DNA from: Anthoceros angustus | Taxonomy: Eukaryota > Plantae > Anthocerotophyta | Direction: 5' to 3' | DNA: 64,000 bases | Assembly: GCA_010909165.1 (NCBI GenBank) | Contig: VJWM01000019.1 | Span: forward strand, 1,488,001-1,552,000 | Shown here: piece after piece, positions 47,901 through 60,499 of the stretch | How positions within the stretch are numbered: position 1 is the first letter of the stretch | Layout: every line of letters starts with the position of its first letter | Translations under genes and position numbers: made by a program | Notes under the pieces: generated by a model | Told to the model about the DNA's origin: nothing | What the model saw: only the letters and a program-made list of their open reading frames with translations | Database searches by the model: none

Positions 47901-50900
47901 TCAGCTCTGGCAAAGGCCGGATGAGTAAGCGATGGAACAAAGGGCGGGGCGTCGCGAGATGGAAGGAACTGGATGAGCAGAATCGGGCGGAGGCGCGGAC
48001 AGGAAGAGATGGCGGAGCTCAGGGAATGAGCGGAGCCACAGGCCCGGCGAGAGAAGAGGCTACTGGTCGATTGGAGGCGGAGGAAGCTGCGCCATAGCGA
48101 TGGTGGCGGCGCGGAGGCGAAGCAGCAGGGCTGGGCAGCGAGCATCGGCCGGCGGTGCGAGGGTAACAAGGCCTCCCTCGTGGCCTCGCGAGACTGCCGC
48201 TCCAGTGACAAACTGGCGAGGCAGACGGCAAGCCGGACAACACGCTCGGCTCCCGGATCACCTTGGTGATAATCATTAGTGTTCACCGCCCTCTGACCAG
48301 GGCAAGCGGAGAGGCTGGACCTGGGCGGCTAGGCGGAACAACACCAAGCCGCGGAGGCTGGTGGCGGGGCGGAAGCCATAGCTAAAAAGCCGTGATCACT
48401 CTAGGAGGGTGGGAGCCGGTGGAGGCGAGGACCGCAATCTCCCTCCACGGCTCAGCTCTGGCGCAGGCCGGATGAGTAAGCGATGGAGCAAAGGCGGGGC
48501 GTCGCGAGATGGAAGGAACGATGGCAGCAGAGGTAGGCGGGCTGAGGACACAGGAAGAGATGGCGGAGCTCAGGCAGAATGAGCGGAGGAGCCTGAGCCA
48601 CAGGCGAGAAAAGCTGCTTGGTCGATTCTTGGAAGGCGGAGGAACAGCTGCGCCATAGCACGGAGTGGTAGCGGCCGGAGGCGAAGCAGGGCTGGGCAGT
48701 GAGCATCGGCGGTGCGGGGATGTAAAGGCCTCCCTCGTGGCCTCGCCGAGCGCCACCCGCCAGAGCCACAGCTAACGAAGAGGCGAAGGTGGCTCCCACC
48801 GACTTAAGCGCAAGGAGCCATCATGCTCCCCGCCCGCCCACCGAGTGGCAAGAGGAGGCGGAGGGCGATGGAGAGGGACGCGCCCAAGGGCCACCGGCGC
48901 AGCCACATCCGAGCCCGGGCCCTGCTCCGACGGGGAGAGGGAACGCACAGCTCCTAACTCCTCACCACCTCCGAGCCCCTGTGAGAAAGAGAGGCTGAGA
49001 AGGAGTTAGCACCAAGAGGGCCAAGAAGAGAGGCTCCGAGGACCACACAGCACACAGGATCCGAGGGTCCCGATTAGTCCGGAGAACCCGAACTCGGCTC
49101 CCGGATCATGTATGGCGGTCCTTGGCGATCAGAGATGCCCGCACTCACGACGGACTTCTTGGTGCCTCACCAAGAGCGCCGTGGAAGAGACACGGTATTT
49201 TGGCCCACATGGACGGTATGCTCTGGGTCTGTGGGACTGCAGTAGAAGACCTGTGGAGGTGGAGGCAACAAGGAGGCGATGGTGCTCCGTGAGTGTAGAT
49301 GGAGGCGGCCCAGGAGGCTAAGAAGAAGGCGAATCCTCACCGAATTGAGGAGGGGCGCCGGAGGCACGAGGTCACCATTTGGGGACCGCATTGGTCCTCA
49401 GTGAATGCCTGAAGCACCCAGTGAGGCCCAAGCACGTGCAGGACCTGCAAGGAGGGGGTAGCGAGAAGGAAGCAGAGGAGGCCGAGGGCAAGCGAGAGGG
49501 CTCAGGACTCGGCCGAGGCTGCCAGGGCAACAAATACCAAGCCGCGAGGCTCAGTGAAAGGCGGGCACATGGAAGGAGGCCGGCTGTGAGCGGACCCCTA
49601 CGGTGGTGGTCCGAGGTTGGGGTTCGGGACTTGAGGGCCGACCACAGTAATAAGTTCGGACCTCGAGGTTGAACCCGAGATGAGACCGGACTCGAAGACG
49701 GACTGAAATAAGTCCGAACCACAAGTTCGGACCACAGGTCGAGGCCGGACCCAGTCCAGGACTCGAGGAGGTGAGGGGACCCCCTCAGAGCTCACATAAG
49801 GGAATCAGTCGGTGGCCCCTCGGGAGGGACCCACTCGCGGGCTAGGAGAGGAACTGGATGAGCGAATGAGGGCAGAGCCGCCGACCGCCTGTAAGGGAGA
49901 CATATGGAGGGCCCAGTGCCGAATGCGAGGAGACTGAGCCCCGGACGCAGAGAAGAAGTCACGTCCGCCTGCGGAAGGCGGAGGGGGAACGCCGCTACCA
50001 TGGCGGTAAGCCGAGAGCAAATCGACGGAGCTGAGGCAGTGAGCATCAGCAGCCGAGGTGGAGGTAAAGGCCCTCGTGGCCTCGCGAGACTCGCCCGCCC
50101 ACCGACAAACCCGGAGGAGACGACTGCTGAAGCCGACAACACGCTCCTCCCGATCACCTATAGAAGGGAGTGCCGAAGCCTGTGATGTGGAAGAGGCAAT
50201 CCAAAGAAATCGACTTGGATTCCACCTACTACTACTACCGAGCTTCAAGGCATTGAAGCTTCCCCGCGCTATCAGAATCGGACGACCTCCTAAGGCTCCA
50301 AGGAGTGGAGGGGGAAGAAGGCATGGGAGACGGGGCCTTGGTGGCCTTTGCAGGGACGCACGGGCGAGAAGAGCCGCGGTGAGGAGCCGACGCCACCAAC
50401 ACAACGGACTGGAGGTAAGACAGCAACAACTGGGGGAGGATAGGGACGAGGGTCCCAAGGAGGTGAGGAAGGAGGAAACCAACCGGATCCGAGCCATGGA
50501 AGGAGGCACAAGCAAGGACGGACCCCAAGAGGAGTGGTCCGGGAGGTTGGGGTTCGGACTTGAGGACCTGACCGGTATTAAGTCTTGACCTCGAGGTTCG
50601 AACCCGAGATGAGACCGACTCGAAAGACCGGACTGAAATAAGTCCGAACTCAAGTTCTGACTGAGTCAGACCGGACCCCGAGGTCCGGGACTGGGGAGGT
50701 GAGGGGACCCTCCGACTCACTGCAAGGGGAACACCCAGGCCAAGGGCCCCACTGGAGGGGGACCCACCGCTGGGCCAGGAGAGGAAGAGGTGGTGGTTCT
50801 GGGTCGTCGGGGCCGCGCCGTGTAACTGAGGTCTCGGGAAGGGAAGGGGTCCCGCCTCGCGGATCATCGATTAGAGGCGCCCGTCGAGAGTAAGGAGTGG

Positions 50901-51450
50901 GGTCATCGGCGGCAGGCGAGACCAAGGCCATCCCAGGCCCCGCCCGACGGAGATGGGGGAGGGCGTAAGATAGTAAGCGGCCGATTAGGGCACAAGCCGC
51001 CACCCGCTTTCGAGAATAAGTGTAATAAAGGCCGACAGGCGTAGTATAATGAAGGCACTCTAGTAAAAATATCTTTCTCTTGGTGTTGATCTGCGTCTTC
51101 TTGCGGGCCCTTTGCCTTCTTGCTTGAGTCTGAGTCAGCGGTAGCTCGGAGAGGCGATCAAGGTCCTGGTGGCGGACCCTAACGTGTGGTGGTGTGCGAG
51201 GAAGGCGCCGGGACCCTTGCTCGTCCGGCGGCGACCCGGCGTCGGACGGGACGGAGCGTGAGCGAGAGGGACTCCGGTGGGCGTAGGGGCCGGAGAGCTG
51301 GCGAGGCGAAAGGTCGGACCACCGCGATTTTTCCCAAGGATAATGAGTGAAGTGTGAATGGTGAGAGAGCAGACCCGGAGGGGAGTGACAAACTTAGACC
51401 ACGCGACGAGTCCTTAAGCGTTTGGCCACCTTTGTCCGGTGAATATTACG
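44910..51450 (-). mobile_element. GC-rich degenerate non-LTR-retrotransposon-like block with about four ~0.85-1.05 kb internal repeat units (APE-like remnants)
   Basis: Motif (C)GGCTCC(C)GGATCA recurs near 47310, 48250, 49095 and (variant) 50145. Units translate to VVRPP..PILIARGSFNA..GSSSRWN..WIASS..IGDPEPSV, similar to APE motifs VYRPP..GDFNA..WIASS..SVIDL. Frames are heavily broken. Confidence 0.45.
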
Positions 51451-51889
51451 GTAGTTAGTCATAAAGCGAGGAATGTGTGTGTGGGGTCTAAAGCGGGCTA
51501 CGTGAGGTGAGAAAGCAGTTGAAGCGTGTGCAGACCTATCATTCTCTTGGAGCGGACCTCCTTACTACAACAACACGGGATTATGCTTGGCCGGCCGTCG
51601 GCCCAGTCGCGCCAGTGCCCTTCCCTTGCTACAAGCGCGGCTTACCCTCTTTCTTCTTTGCTCGCGTAACCTTGGTCTCCTCATGCTTGCCACGTGCACG
51701 CTCATCACCAATCGCCCAGCTTCAGATTTCGCCTTCCAGGTATAATTAATTGGTTGATAAGAATTATACCAAACTATGAACTATGAACAACAAACTCTGA
51801 ACAACGAACTATGAATCATGAACCTCTTCCTTTTTAACTTTCCTACTTCTAACTACGATTTATCAACACCAACTCCCAACGGCTAACTT

Positions 51890-54530
51890 CCAACTTTGAA
51901 TTCATTCCTCCAAAACTTGAAAAAGTGTAGGGGAAGTGGATGCGTTTGAACATTTTTCGTCTGAGCCGGTCTTATCATGTGTTGTCCTAAAAAATAAGGT
52001 CCATCGAATAGAGACACGGTTTTGGCGATTTGGAACATAATCGCAAATTACATGTTGTCTCATTTTGTGTGCCCATACTACGCACTTGGTTAAGCCGTTT
52101 ATGTCCATGGGGAACACACAACCTATCCACTCCACGGAGAAGTGCGGCCGGTCAGCGCGCCTTCCATCCGGCACTAGTAGGAGTCCATGGTCAATCGAAA
52201 ACTAACTAATCGAACTCCGTGAACCATGTTCATCAAGTGTTTCAATGTCCTCGCCTTGATGCAACATCTTACGCAGCGCCATCATCCATGACGTCCTTCC
52301 TTCCATATGTTCCGGAGCTTCCTCCTGCAGCGCCAAAGCGTACATGTTTTTTATTATGGTTACGGTCCTTGCATTTAGTTGCTTGTTTTGTTAGAAAACC
52401 GTATGCCAAGATGAATGTGTATGCGAAAGAAGCAATTTGTCGTGTTTCCAACCTCATGCTCCGTCGTTGAGCGACCCCACAGCGTTGGTGGTGATCGTAA
52501 AATCATCTCCTCTAGGTACCGCCTTCAAATGCGTCGGTGCATTTAGTCACCCACCAATGGACTTTAATGAATGGGCGTCACATTGGAAGTCCACAGAGAA
52601 CTTTTGCGAGCGAATGGTCGATTATCGTGTCTCACAAGGCACCGCAATCATGTGACTGTTTGTATCTCCAACACATCGCCGTTCAAGCTTTCTTGTTCCG
52701 CGCGCTCCAACATACATGTCCGGGCACGAACGATTGGATCTGTAAAATCTCAGCCTCTGGTACAACCAAAGGCGATGCAACTCTTCATTATGTGTTCTAT
52801 CGTACCATTGCCAACTACATTCACCAACTTCCAAGTGTAAACAATCAACTTTCATAGATTAATGCCAACTTTCAAATGAAAACTTTCAATCCGAAGTAAG
52901 AATATGAAACTTTCAAGTACAAATTCCAACTATTAATTATATACTACAAAAGTCAATTGCAAAGAATCTTAATCTCAAGTCTTGCTTTAATTTTAAATTC
53001 TCATTACCAACTTTATATTTAAAAGTTTTATCTTAAAGATACCAAAGTATTATATTAGATCTCAATTACCAGGTTATTCTATGAACAAGAACTCCAAACC
53101 CTCGTCCGGTGACGGATTCATCGTGGAATATTGTTTGCCCTCATCACGATAACAAGTCGCTCACCTCGCGTTTCTCGGGTTATTTTGAACGATCTTTGAA
53201 AAGATATATTGTGCATTTCAACTGACAACTTGTTTATAGCCGCCTTACCATAAGGTATTGGCCACACAAACTTTAGTCTGGAACTTCTTTCACCTCCATA
53301 ATTTTGGTTTGGGCGTATATGCATTCTCCAAAATTTATACTTGTACCAACTAATAAAGAATGTGAGTTCTAAAACGATCTACCAATTACGAAAATTCATT
53401 ACTCGTTGGGAACACTATCGATATTTTCAAATGTGAATTTACATTGAATGAAAGTATTCATTATGTGTTCTATCGTACCATTGCCAAGGGGTCTTCAATT
53501 CCTCGGCATGCTCACATGCTATCTTGTCCACGATGGTGATTGCTCGGCCAATTCCTCCCACCAAATATCCTCACCGCCCAAATGGGTCTGAGTTTTCCTC
53601 TAGTTTCCCACGCATTGCAAGACTTCTTCGGGATCTCTCCCTCTGCAACCGCTTTTTACTTGGACCTCCAAATGAACCAAAGCGAGCGGCTTGAATAGGA
53701 GTAGATGGGACATTATTCAAAACTCCAAACCCTCGTCCGGTGACCGGTATTCATCGGTGGAATATTGTTTGCCCTCATCACGATAACAAGTCCGCTCACC
53801 TCGCGTTTCTCGGGTTATTTTGAGATCTTTGAAAAGATATATTGTGCTGTTTCACCGACAACTTTGTTTATAGCCACCTTACCATAAGGTATTGGCCACA
53901 CAAACTTTCGAACTTCTTTCACCTCCATAATTTTGGTTTGGGCGTATATGCATTCTCCAAAATACCGGTCGGTTTTGGGCAAAAGCTTCCTTCGTGCAAG
54001 CACTTGAAAACCTCGAAAACATCCTGGTCAACTGGTCATGAGTGTGCCCAACCGGAGGAATCCTACTTTTACCTTCTCAAAACCTTAAGCTCTACCAACA
54101 TATTCGGGTAAGCGAATAGCGTGCATTCTTATTCTCCCGTATTGTCGAGTTGAAGATAAAGAACCTTTGGTAGTAGTCCCTCGTAATTTGAAATGACATC
54201 TGGATATTGGCTATAGTCGAGGTTTGCATCGTTCGGATGTTCCGTATGCCATGAATAGTTCCGACATGGTGTAGTTATAAATCATGCACCCCACAACATG
54301 GACGTCGATCAAACCTACATCAGCGGGTCCTTGGGTAACGCGTGAAATGTGGAAGGCTGTCTTGTTGGTCCATCCGTCGATGGATATCCCGATATACTTT
54401 GCCGGTCTCCATAACATTTCACGCGGTGCTTGATGCATTTTCTCTCTCGGACTTGATGGCTGTGCCGCCTCGGATCGACTTCAAATGCTTCGCAAAATAA
54501 TCACCCAAACACACGCTTGTAATATAGAGA
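51890..54530 (-). mobile_element. Second, partial and rearranged copy of the C-terminal half of the Sola-like transposase
   Basis: Contains the same LPKVLYLQLDN (~54140-54170) and VGHTHDQ (~54035-54060) coding segments; colinear blocks match 55675-57740. Confidence 0.8.
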
Positions 54531-55343
54531 CAACTAGTAAGCCAAATAATAGCCTAATTTCTCGTAAATATCTAGTTCTGGATATGCAGCAAAACATCAA
54601 CCAATTTGTTACCTCAATAGTATCGCAAGCAGCCTATCACTCAATCGGAAGCTTTGCGCAGGAAGCATCTGCCTACAAGAGGCTGCAGGACAGACTGGCC
54701 AAGGCAGCCATTGTCAGAGCCTTTGTTAAAGTGTCTTTAGATGAGGTGTTTAGCTTTTCCCATGTGAACTGGACAAAGTTGCTTATACAGCATTGTAGCC
54801 TGGCAGCATAATGAGAGTGCACCGTAAATAGTATCTACAGCTCCTACTATTGATTGCAGTTTATTGTTTTATTCTTGTGCTTTATAATATTGGTAGCCAT
54901 ATGTATGGACTCTATGTTACAAAATTGAGCATGAGAGATAGGATATCCATGTTATGTTTTGCTTGGCAGCTTGTATCTAGCACGACAAGAGGAAGGGTTC
55001 CTCCTTGGCTCCTGATATAAAGTCCTCCCAGAAGGCCGCTCGTTGTGAAGCAAGAAGTGGGAGGCCAGAGCAGAGGCAGACATAACACAACTATCTGAAA
55101 GTGCCGTCGCAAAACAATGTTCCTCCATCAAAACAAACTTGTTCCCTCATAAGCAACTGGCAAGGATATGTCGCGCTATAAGCAGCATAGTTGACTAATT
55201 TATGCACTTGGGTTTAGGGTTTGATTAGCATTAATTAAGACGGTTATGAGGAAGGAGTAGCTTGCACGTCGTGGCACAAACACACTCTCCCCACGAGAAG
55301 AACACGCAAATTCCTCATACATCGCTCTCGGAGTCATAGCTTT

Positions 55344-55415
55344 GGCCTCCTCACAATACTCTTGCATTGCATATCTAGAGGCCTCCTCACAACACTCTTG
55401 TATTGCATATCTAGA
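55344..55415. repeat. Tandem 2 x 36-bp duplication
   Basis: GGCCTCCTCACAATACTCTTGCATTGCATATCTAGA repeated with 2 mismatches. Confidence 0.9.
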
Positions 55416-55649
55416 GGACAAGCTATGATATGAGCTTATCCTATGTGAAAGGGTCTATATATACTAGCCCTTGGCATTGGCAACAAAGTCTGCGCAATAT
55501 CGGCGGATTCCGTTGAAATGGGCTTTTGGGCAAAAGGCAGTAAACTTTCCCATCATCATATCCAAAAAAAAGCATGTCCCAGAAAACCATGTACGTTATT
55601 GCGGGTTTTGAAGAAATTCGGCATCCACTTTTCGACAGGACCGGAAAAA

Positions 55650-58600
55650 CGTGGCCAAAAAATTATTCTTTGAATTCATTCCTCCAAAACTTGAGAAAAA
55701 GTGTAGGGACCGGTGGATGCGTTTGAACATTTTGTACGTGGGCGGTCTTATCATGTGTTGTCCTAAAAATAAGGTCCATCGAATAGAGACACGGTTTTGG
55801 CGATTTGGAACATAATCGCAAATTACATGTTGTACCGTCATTTTTTTGTGTGCCCATACTACGCACTTGGTTAAGCCGCTTATGTCCATGGGGAACACAC
55901 AACCTATCCACTGGAGAAGTGCGCCGGCCAGGCGATACCTTCCCATACCAAAGACTAGTAGGAGTCCATGGTCAATCGAAAACTAACTAATCAACTCCAT
56001 GAACCATGTTCATCAAGTGTTTCAATGTCCTCGCCTCGATGCAACATCTTCTCAACGCCATCATCCGCAGTCTTCCTTCCATATGTTCCGAGCTTCCTCC
56101 CATGCAGCGCAAAACGTACATGTTTTTCCGTATTATGGTTACGGTCCTTGCATTTAGTTGCTTTTGTTAGAGAAAACCCGTATGCCAAGATGAATGTGTC
56201 CGAAGAAGCAATTTGTCGACGTGTTTCCGCAACCTCATGCTCCGTCTGAGAGCGACCCCACGATCGCCGCTGGTGGTGATCGTAAAATCATCTCCTCTAG
56301 GTACCGCCTTCAAATGCTTCGCAAAATAATCACCCAAACAACGTTGAGGAATAAAGCGCGCTCGGGAAGGAACAATCAGTCGCGGTGGCCGGCCCATCAC
56401 AAACTATGCCTCGGTCGGTAGTTATTGTCGTTGGCCTGTACCACCATCCCCCCGCACTATCAAAACACAATTTCACATCAAGCCTCACCTTGTTTTCTCT
56501 TTTCTCGCTCTTTATATTTCGCTTTGAGGTAATCGCAGTTGTGCACAAGGCACCGCAATCATGTGACTGCTTGTATCTCCAACACATCGCCGCTTCAAGC
56601 TTTCTTGTTACGCCCAACATACATGTCTGTACGGGCACTTAACGAACGATTGATGTAAAATCTCACCTGGTACAACCAAAGGCGATGCAACTCTTCATTA
56701 TGTGTTCTATCGCACTACTGCCAAGGGGTCTTCAATTCCTCATGCTCACATGCTATCTTGTCCACGATGGTGATTGCTCACCAATTCCCACCAAATATCC
56801 TCACTGCGCCCAAATGGGTCTGAGTTTTCCTCTAGTTTCCCACGCATTCTTTGCAAGACTTCTTTCGGGATCTCTCCCTCACCGCTTTTTACTTGGACCT
56901 CCAAATGAACCAAGCAGCGGCTTGAATAGGAGTAGATGGGACATTATTCAAAAACTCCAAACCCTCGTCCGGTGACCAGTATTCATCGGTGGAATATTGT
57001 TTGCCCCTCATCACGATAAGTCCGCTCACCTCGCGTTTCGGGTTATTTTGAACGATCTTTGAAAAGATATATTGTGCAAGCTTTTTCCTGCAACAACTTT
57101 GTTATAGCCTTACCATAAGGTATTGGCACACAAACTTTCGAAGTCTGGAACTTCTTTCACCTCCATAATTTTTGGTTTGGGCGTATATGCATTCTCCAAA
57201 ATACCGGTCGGTTTGGGCAACGTAAAGCTTCCTTCGTGCAAGCACTTGAAAACCTCGAAAACATCGTCAACTTTGGTCATGAGTGTGCCCAACCAGGAGG
57301 AATCCTACTTTTACCTTCTCAAAACCTTAAGCTCTACCAACATATTCGAAGCGAATAGCGCATTCTTATTCTCCCGTGGTATTGTCGAGTTGAAGATAAA
57401 GAACCTTTGGTAGTAGTCCTCTCGTAATTTGAAATGACATGGATATTGGCTATAGTCGAGTTTGCATCGTTCGGATGTTCCGTATGCCATGAATAGTTCC
57501 GACATGGTGTAGTTATAAATCATGCACCCACAACATGGACGTCGATCAAACCTACATCGACAGTCCTTGGGTAAGCGTGAAATGTGGAAGCGTGTCTTGG
57601 TCCATCCGTCGATGGATATCCCGATATACTTTGCCGGTCTCCATAACATTTCACGGTGCTTGATGCATTTTCTCTCTCGGACTTGATGTGCTGTGCGCCT
57701 CGGATCGACTTCAAATGCTTCAAAATAATCACCCAAACAACGTTGAGGAATAAAGCTGCTGCGGAAGCGGCCGCAACTCAAGTCGCCCGGTGGCCGGCAC
57801 TCGACTATGCCTCATTATGACCATGGCGAGCGGCCGACACCATCCCCACACTATGCCAAAACACAATTTCACATCAAGCCTCACCTTGTTTTCTCTGTTT
57901 TCTCGCTCTTTATATTTCGTTTGAGGTAATCGCAGTTGTGCACAAGGCAAACCGATTGCTCTTGAATTTTGACCTTGTGGAAGTGCGAGCCCAAAGTCGA
58001 CAAAAGTAGGAATGAGAACATCAGTCACTTGGCTACGTGCATATGTTGCTTGTATTCTTGAAACACCTCGCCTTTTGAGTAAGAGTCGAAGGTGATACAC
58101 TTCAATGTTTGGCATTCTCTCGGCAATAAGCATAAGCTTGGTTCATCCACGCCAGACATCAGATGTCGATTCGGTCAGACGCGTAGGCGACACGCAATGT
58201 TTCCGACCGCTCGCCGCTTCTTCGCACTGCTAGACCCGATACAATAAACGCGTCAAGGCCTCTACAACAATACACTTTTCCTCGTCCGACAAGAAACGAG
58301 TCTACCTAACCCTTCCATCGCTCCATAATCGACATCAAAAGGGATTGTAGGTGCATCTCCTCCTCCCGCATTCTAAGGAACCGATACCTCAAATCTCAAA
58401 GGTTGCCTTCCCTATTGTCCTCAAGCATTGTCTACCACAATAAAATCACTTTCACACGAACCTCTTCACTGTATGCCTACGTGGTGGTCTCGCCATGCTC
58501 GATAAATGATTCGGACCGGGCTTCAAATTATATGTACGCCGGAGGTGGATGTTCAAATGCACCGCTATCCGAGTCCTCTTCCTCCACAACAGTTCCACCG

Positions 58601-60200
58601 AACGTTTGGGGCCACGCAGGTGGAAACAGGTATCTTCTAGATACAACCTCAAACCGAGTTGGCATCCACCCCAACGCAAGCGGCCATATCCGAATTCGGC
58701 GTGTCGTCCCGGCGTGGAGCACTTCCCAGAGGAGTAGTCTTGCGGATGGCCGGGATGTACGGCGAGGCCTGTCCTGGCGGAGAAGGACTTCCGTGAATGG
58801 AATCCAACATACTGAAATGGGCAGGTGTCTTTGGAATGGATGCGTATTATCGCGGAAGTGGTGGAGGCCGTGCACTGCAGACACAATACATCCGGAATCA
58901 TGTTAACAAGAGCCTTTGAATGCAATCGATTTCACGAGTTTGCACGACCTTCATCTAGTTCTCCTCTTCATCTTGAACACCTTGACGCCGATTGGCATTT
59001 CGCCGGGAACCCGCTGATGCCTCGACCGTAGTTCAAATGATACACATCTCGAAACGTGAAGATGTCAAAATATGCAAATAGTGCTTGCCTGCTTTGATCG
59101 CCTCGCCACGACGCATGGTCAGAGTGTTGCATATCGGGAGGAATCTCGACCGACCGATAGCATCCAAGTCCTTTGACTTCAAGAACTCCTTCCACCGCTT
59201 CAACATCGGCAAATTTTCAAGAGCTACCTGCATGCGAGGAAGAACGCACTTTGAATCAAGATCAAAGTCACACCCACAATTATAGACATGTGACATAAGG
59301 TGGTACGTGGTGTTGGATGATTTATAATTGAAATTTGAACTTGCAAATCATAATAAGGTGTCGATGATGGGATATTCGATGGAATAGGATATTTGAGGCG
59401 ACTTGAATGAGAGTGCAACTCTTAGAAAATGATGGCATAAGATGAGGTGGATGCATTTGTAATGGGCCTATTTTAGGCATTTGAGGTTAAATGAATGATG
59501 ACCGTGTTCATGAACCTACCGCTACTACTTGAGCCGCTTTAGCGTAACTAGCGTGTGTTAAGGCTTTATCGTAATCCGTTGATGCGCTTCAACATCCATA
59601 TTTCATTTCCACGAAGCTCGAGCCTCTCCTTTTCATCAAGAGTTCGAGAGTCCGGACACGAATTCTCTTACTTCCTCCCGCCAACTTCCCGCATGAGGTT
59701 TTGAAGATTGCGGGATGGTGATCGCGAGGACGCCACGGAGCATGCAGAGATCGACCCCTCGTTGGAGGCGCCGCCACGCATCGAAGAAATGAAAATGCGA
59801 TGGGCTGCAAGAGGGATCCGCAAGGGCGCAGGATGAGGGGATGGATCCCGCGAATGTGGTAACAGAACCCCACCCGCTATTATGCAATTGAGAGAATCCT
59901 CTCATGGTAGTGTCCGGACGTCCACCTCAAAGGGTAGTCAAGGAGAGGATATGAAGACATTGATGGCCGAGGGAGCACCAACCTCGGAAATGCAACACCG
60001 CGATTCCTCATGCTTTTAACTTTGTGGAGCTTGGTGAAAAAGCTCCGGATTCTCTTCGCGCATACAACACGTATAAGAGTGGAGCGTTGTTGCGAAGAAG
60101 AACCAAGATCCAGTGCCTTGGATTCCACCACGGCCTTATGGATTAACGGTTACAATGGTATTGAGGGGATTCCTGCAAGAGCTGGATGGATTCTATGTAA
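55650..60200 (-). mobile_element. Frameshifted DDD-type transposase gene, DUF7869-type (Sola-like)
   Basis: Minus-strand motifs in the expected order across frameshifts: NRFALC..CDYLK (~57940); KHRE..RPAKYIGISIDG(M)DQ..LPHF (~57600-57650); LPKVLYLQLDN..RENKN (57382-57412); FEKVKVGFLLVGHTHDQ (57274-57320); Cys-rich N-terminal pieces up to ~60100. Confidence 0.8.
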
Positions 60201-60499
60201 CAAGGACGAATGGGCGAAGATATGCACATACGCTTTTGGTCACCAAGAAACCTCATTTGCACATAAACGATGACATCAACACACATCTCCTCGATAATGG
60301 ATGCTGCCAAGATAATGCCTCGTTGTGAGCTACCAGTTGAAATCGGCCTATGTGATTCCAAAAGTGTTCAAGATGTAAGTCATTGTATGTCACCATGTAT
60401 CACTTCCCATTTTCGCTTAGGGTTTCGCATCTTGGTATACTCATTGTTTCCTCTTTAAATGAATGGGGAGAACAATTTTGCTGCTTCTACTCCGCTACG

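Noticed and set aside
55205-55225. Telomere-like GGGTTTAGGGTTT
   Set aside because: Fewer than two full units; expected by chance or a telo-box.
57620-57660. KHREMLWRPAKYIG resembling the TOP2 motif EHILLRPDTYVG
   Set aside because: It continues into IDG(M)DQ and belongs to the transposase; coincidental similarity.
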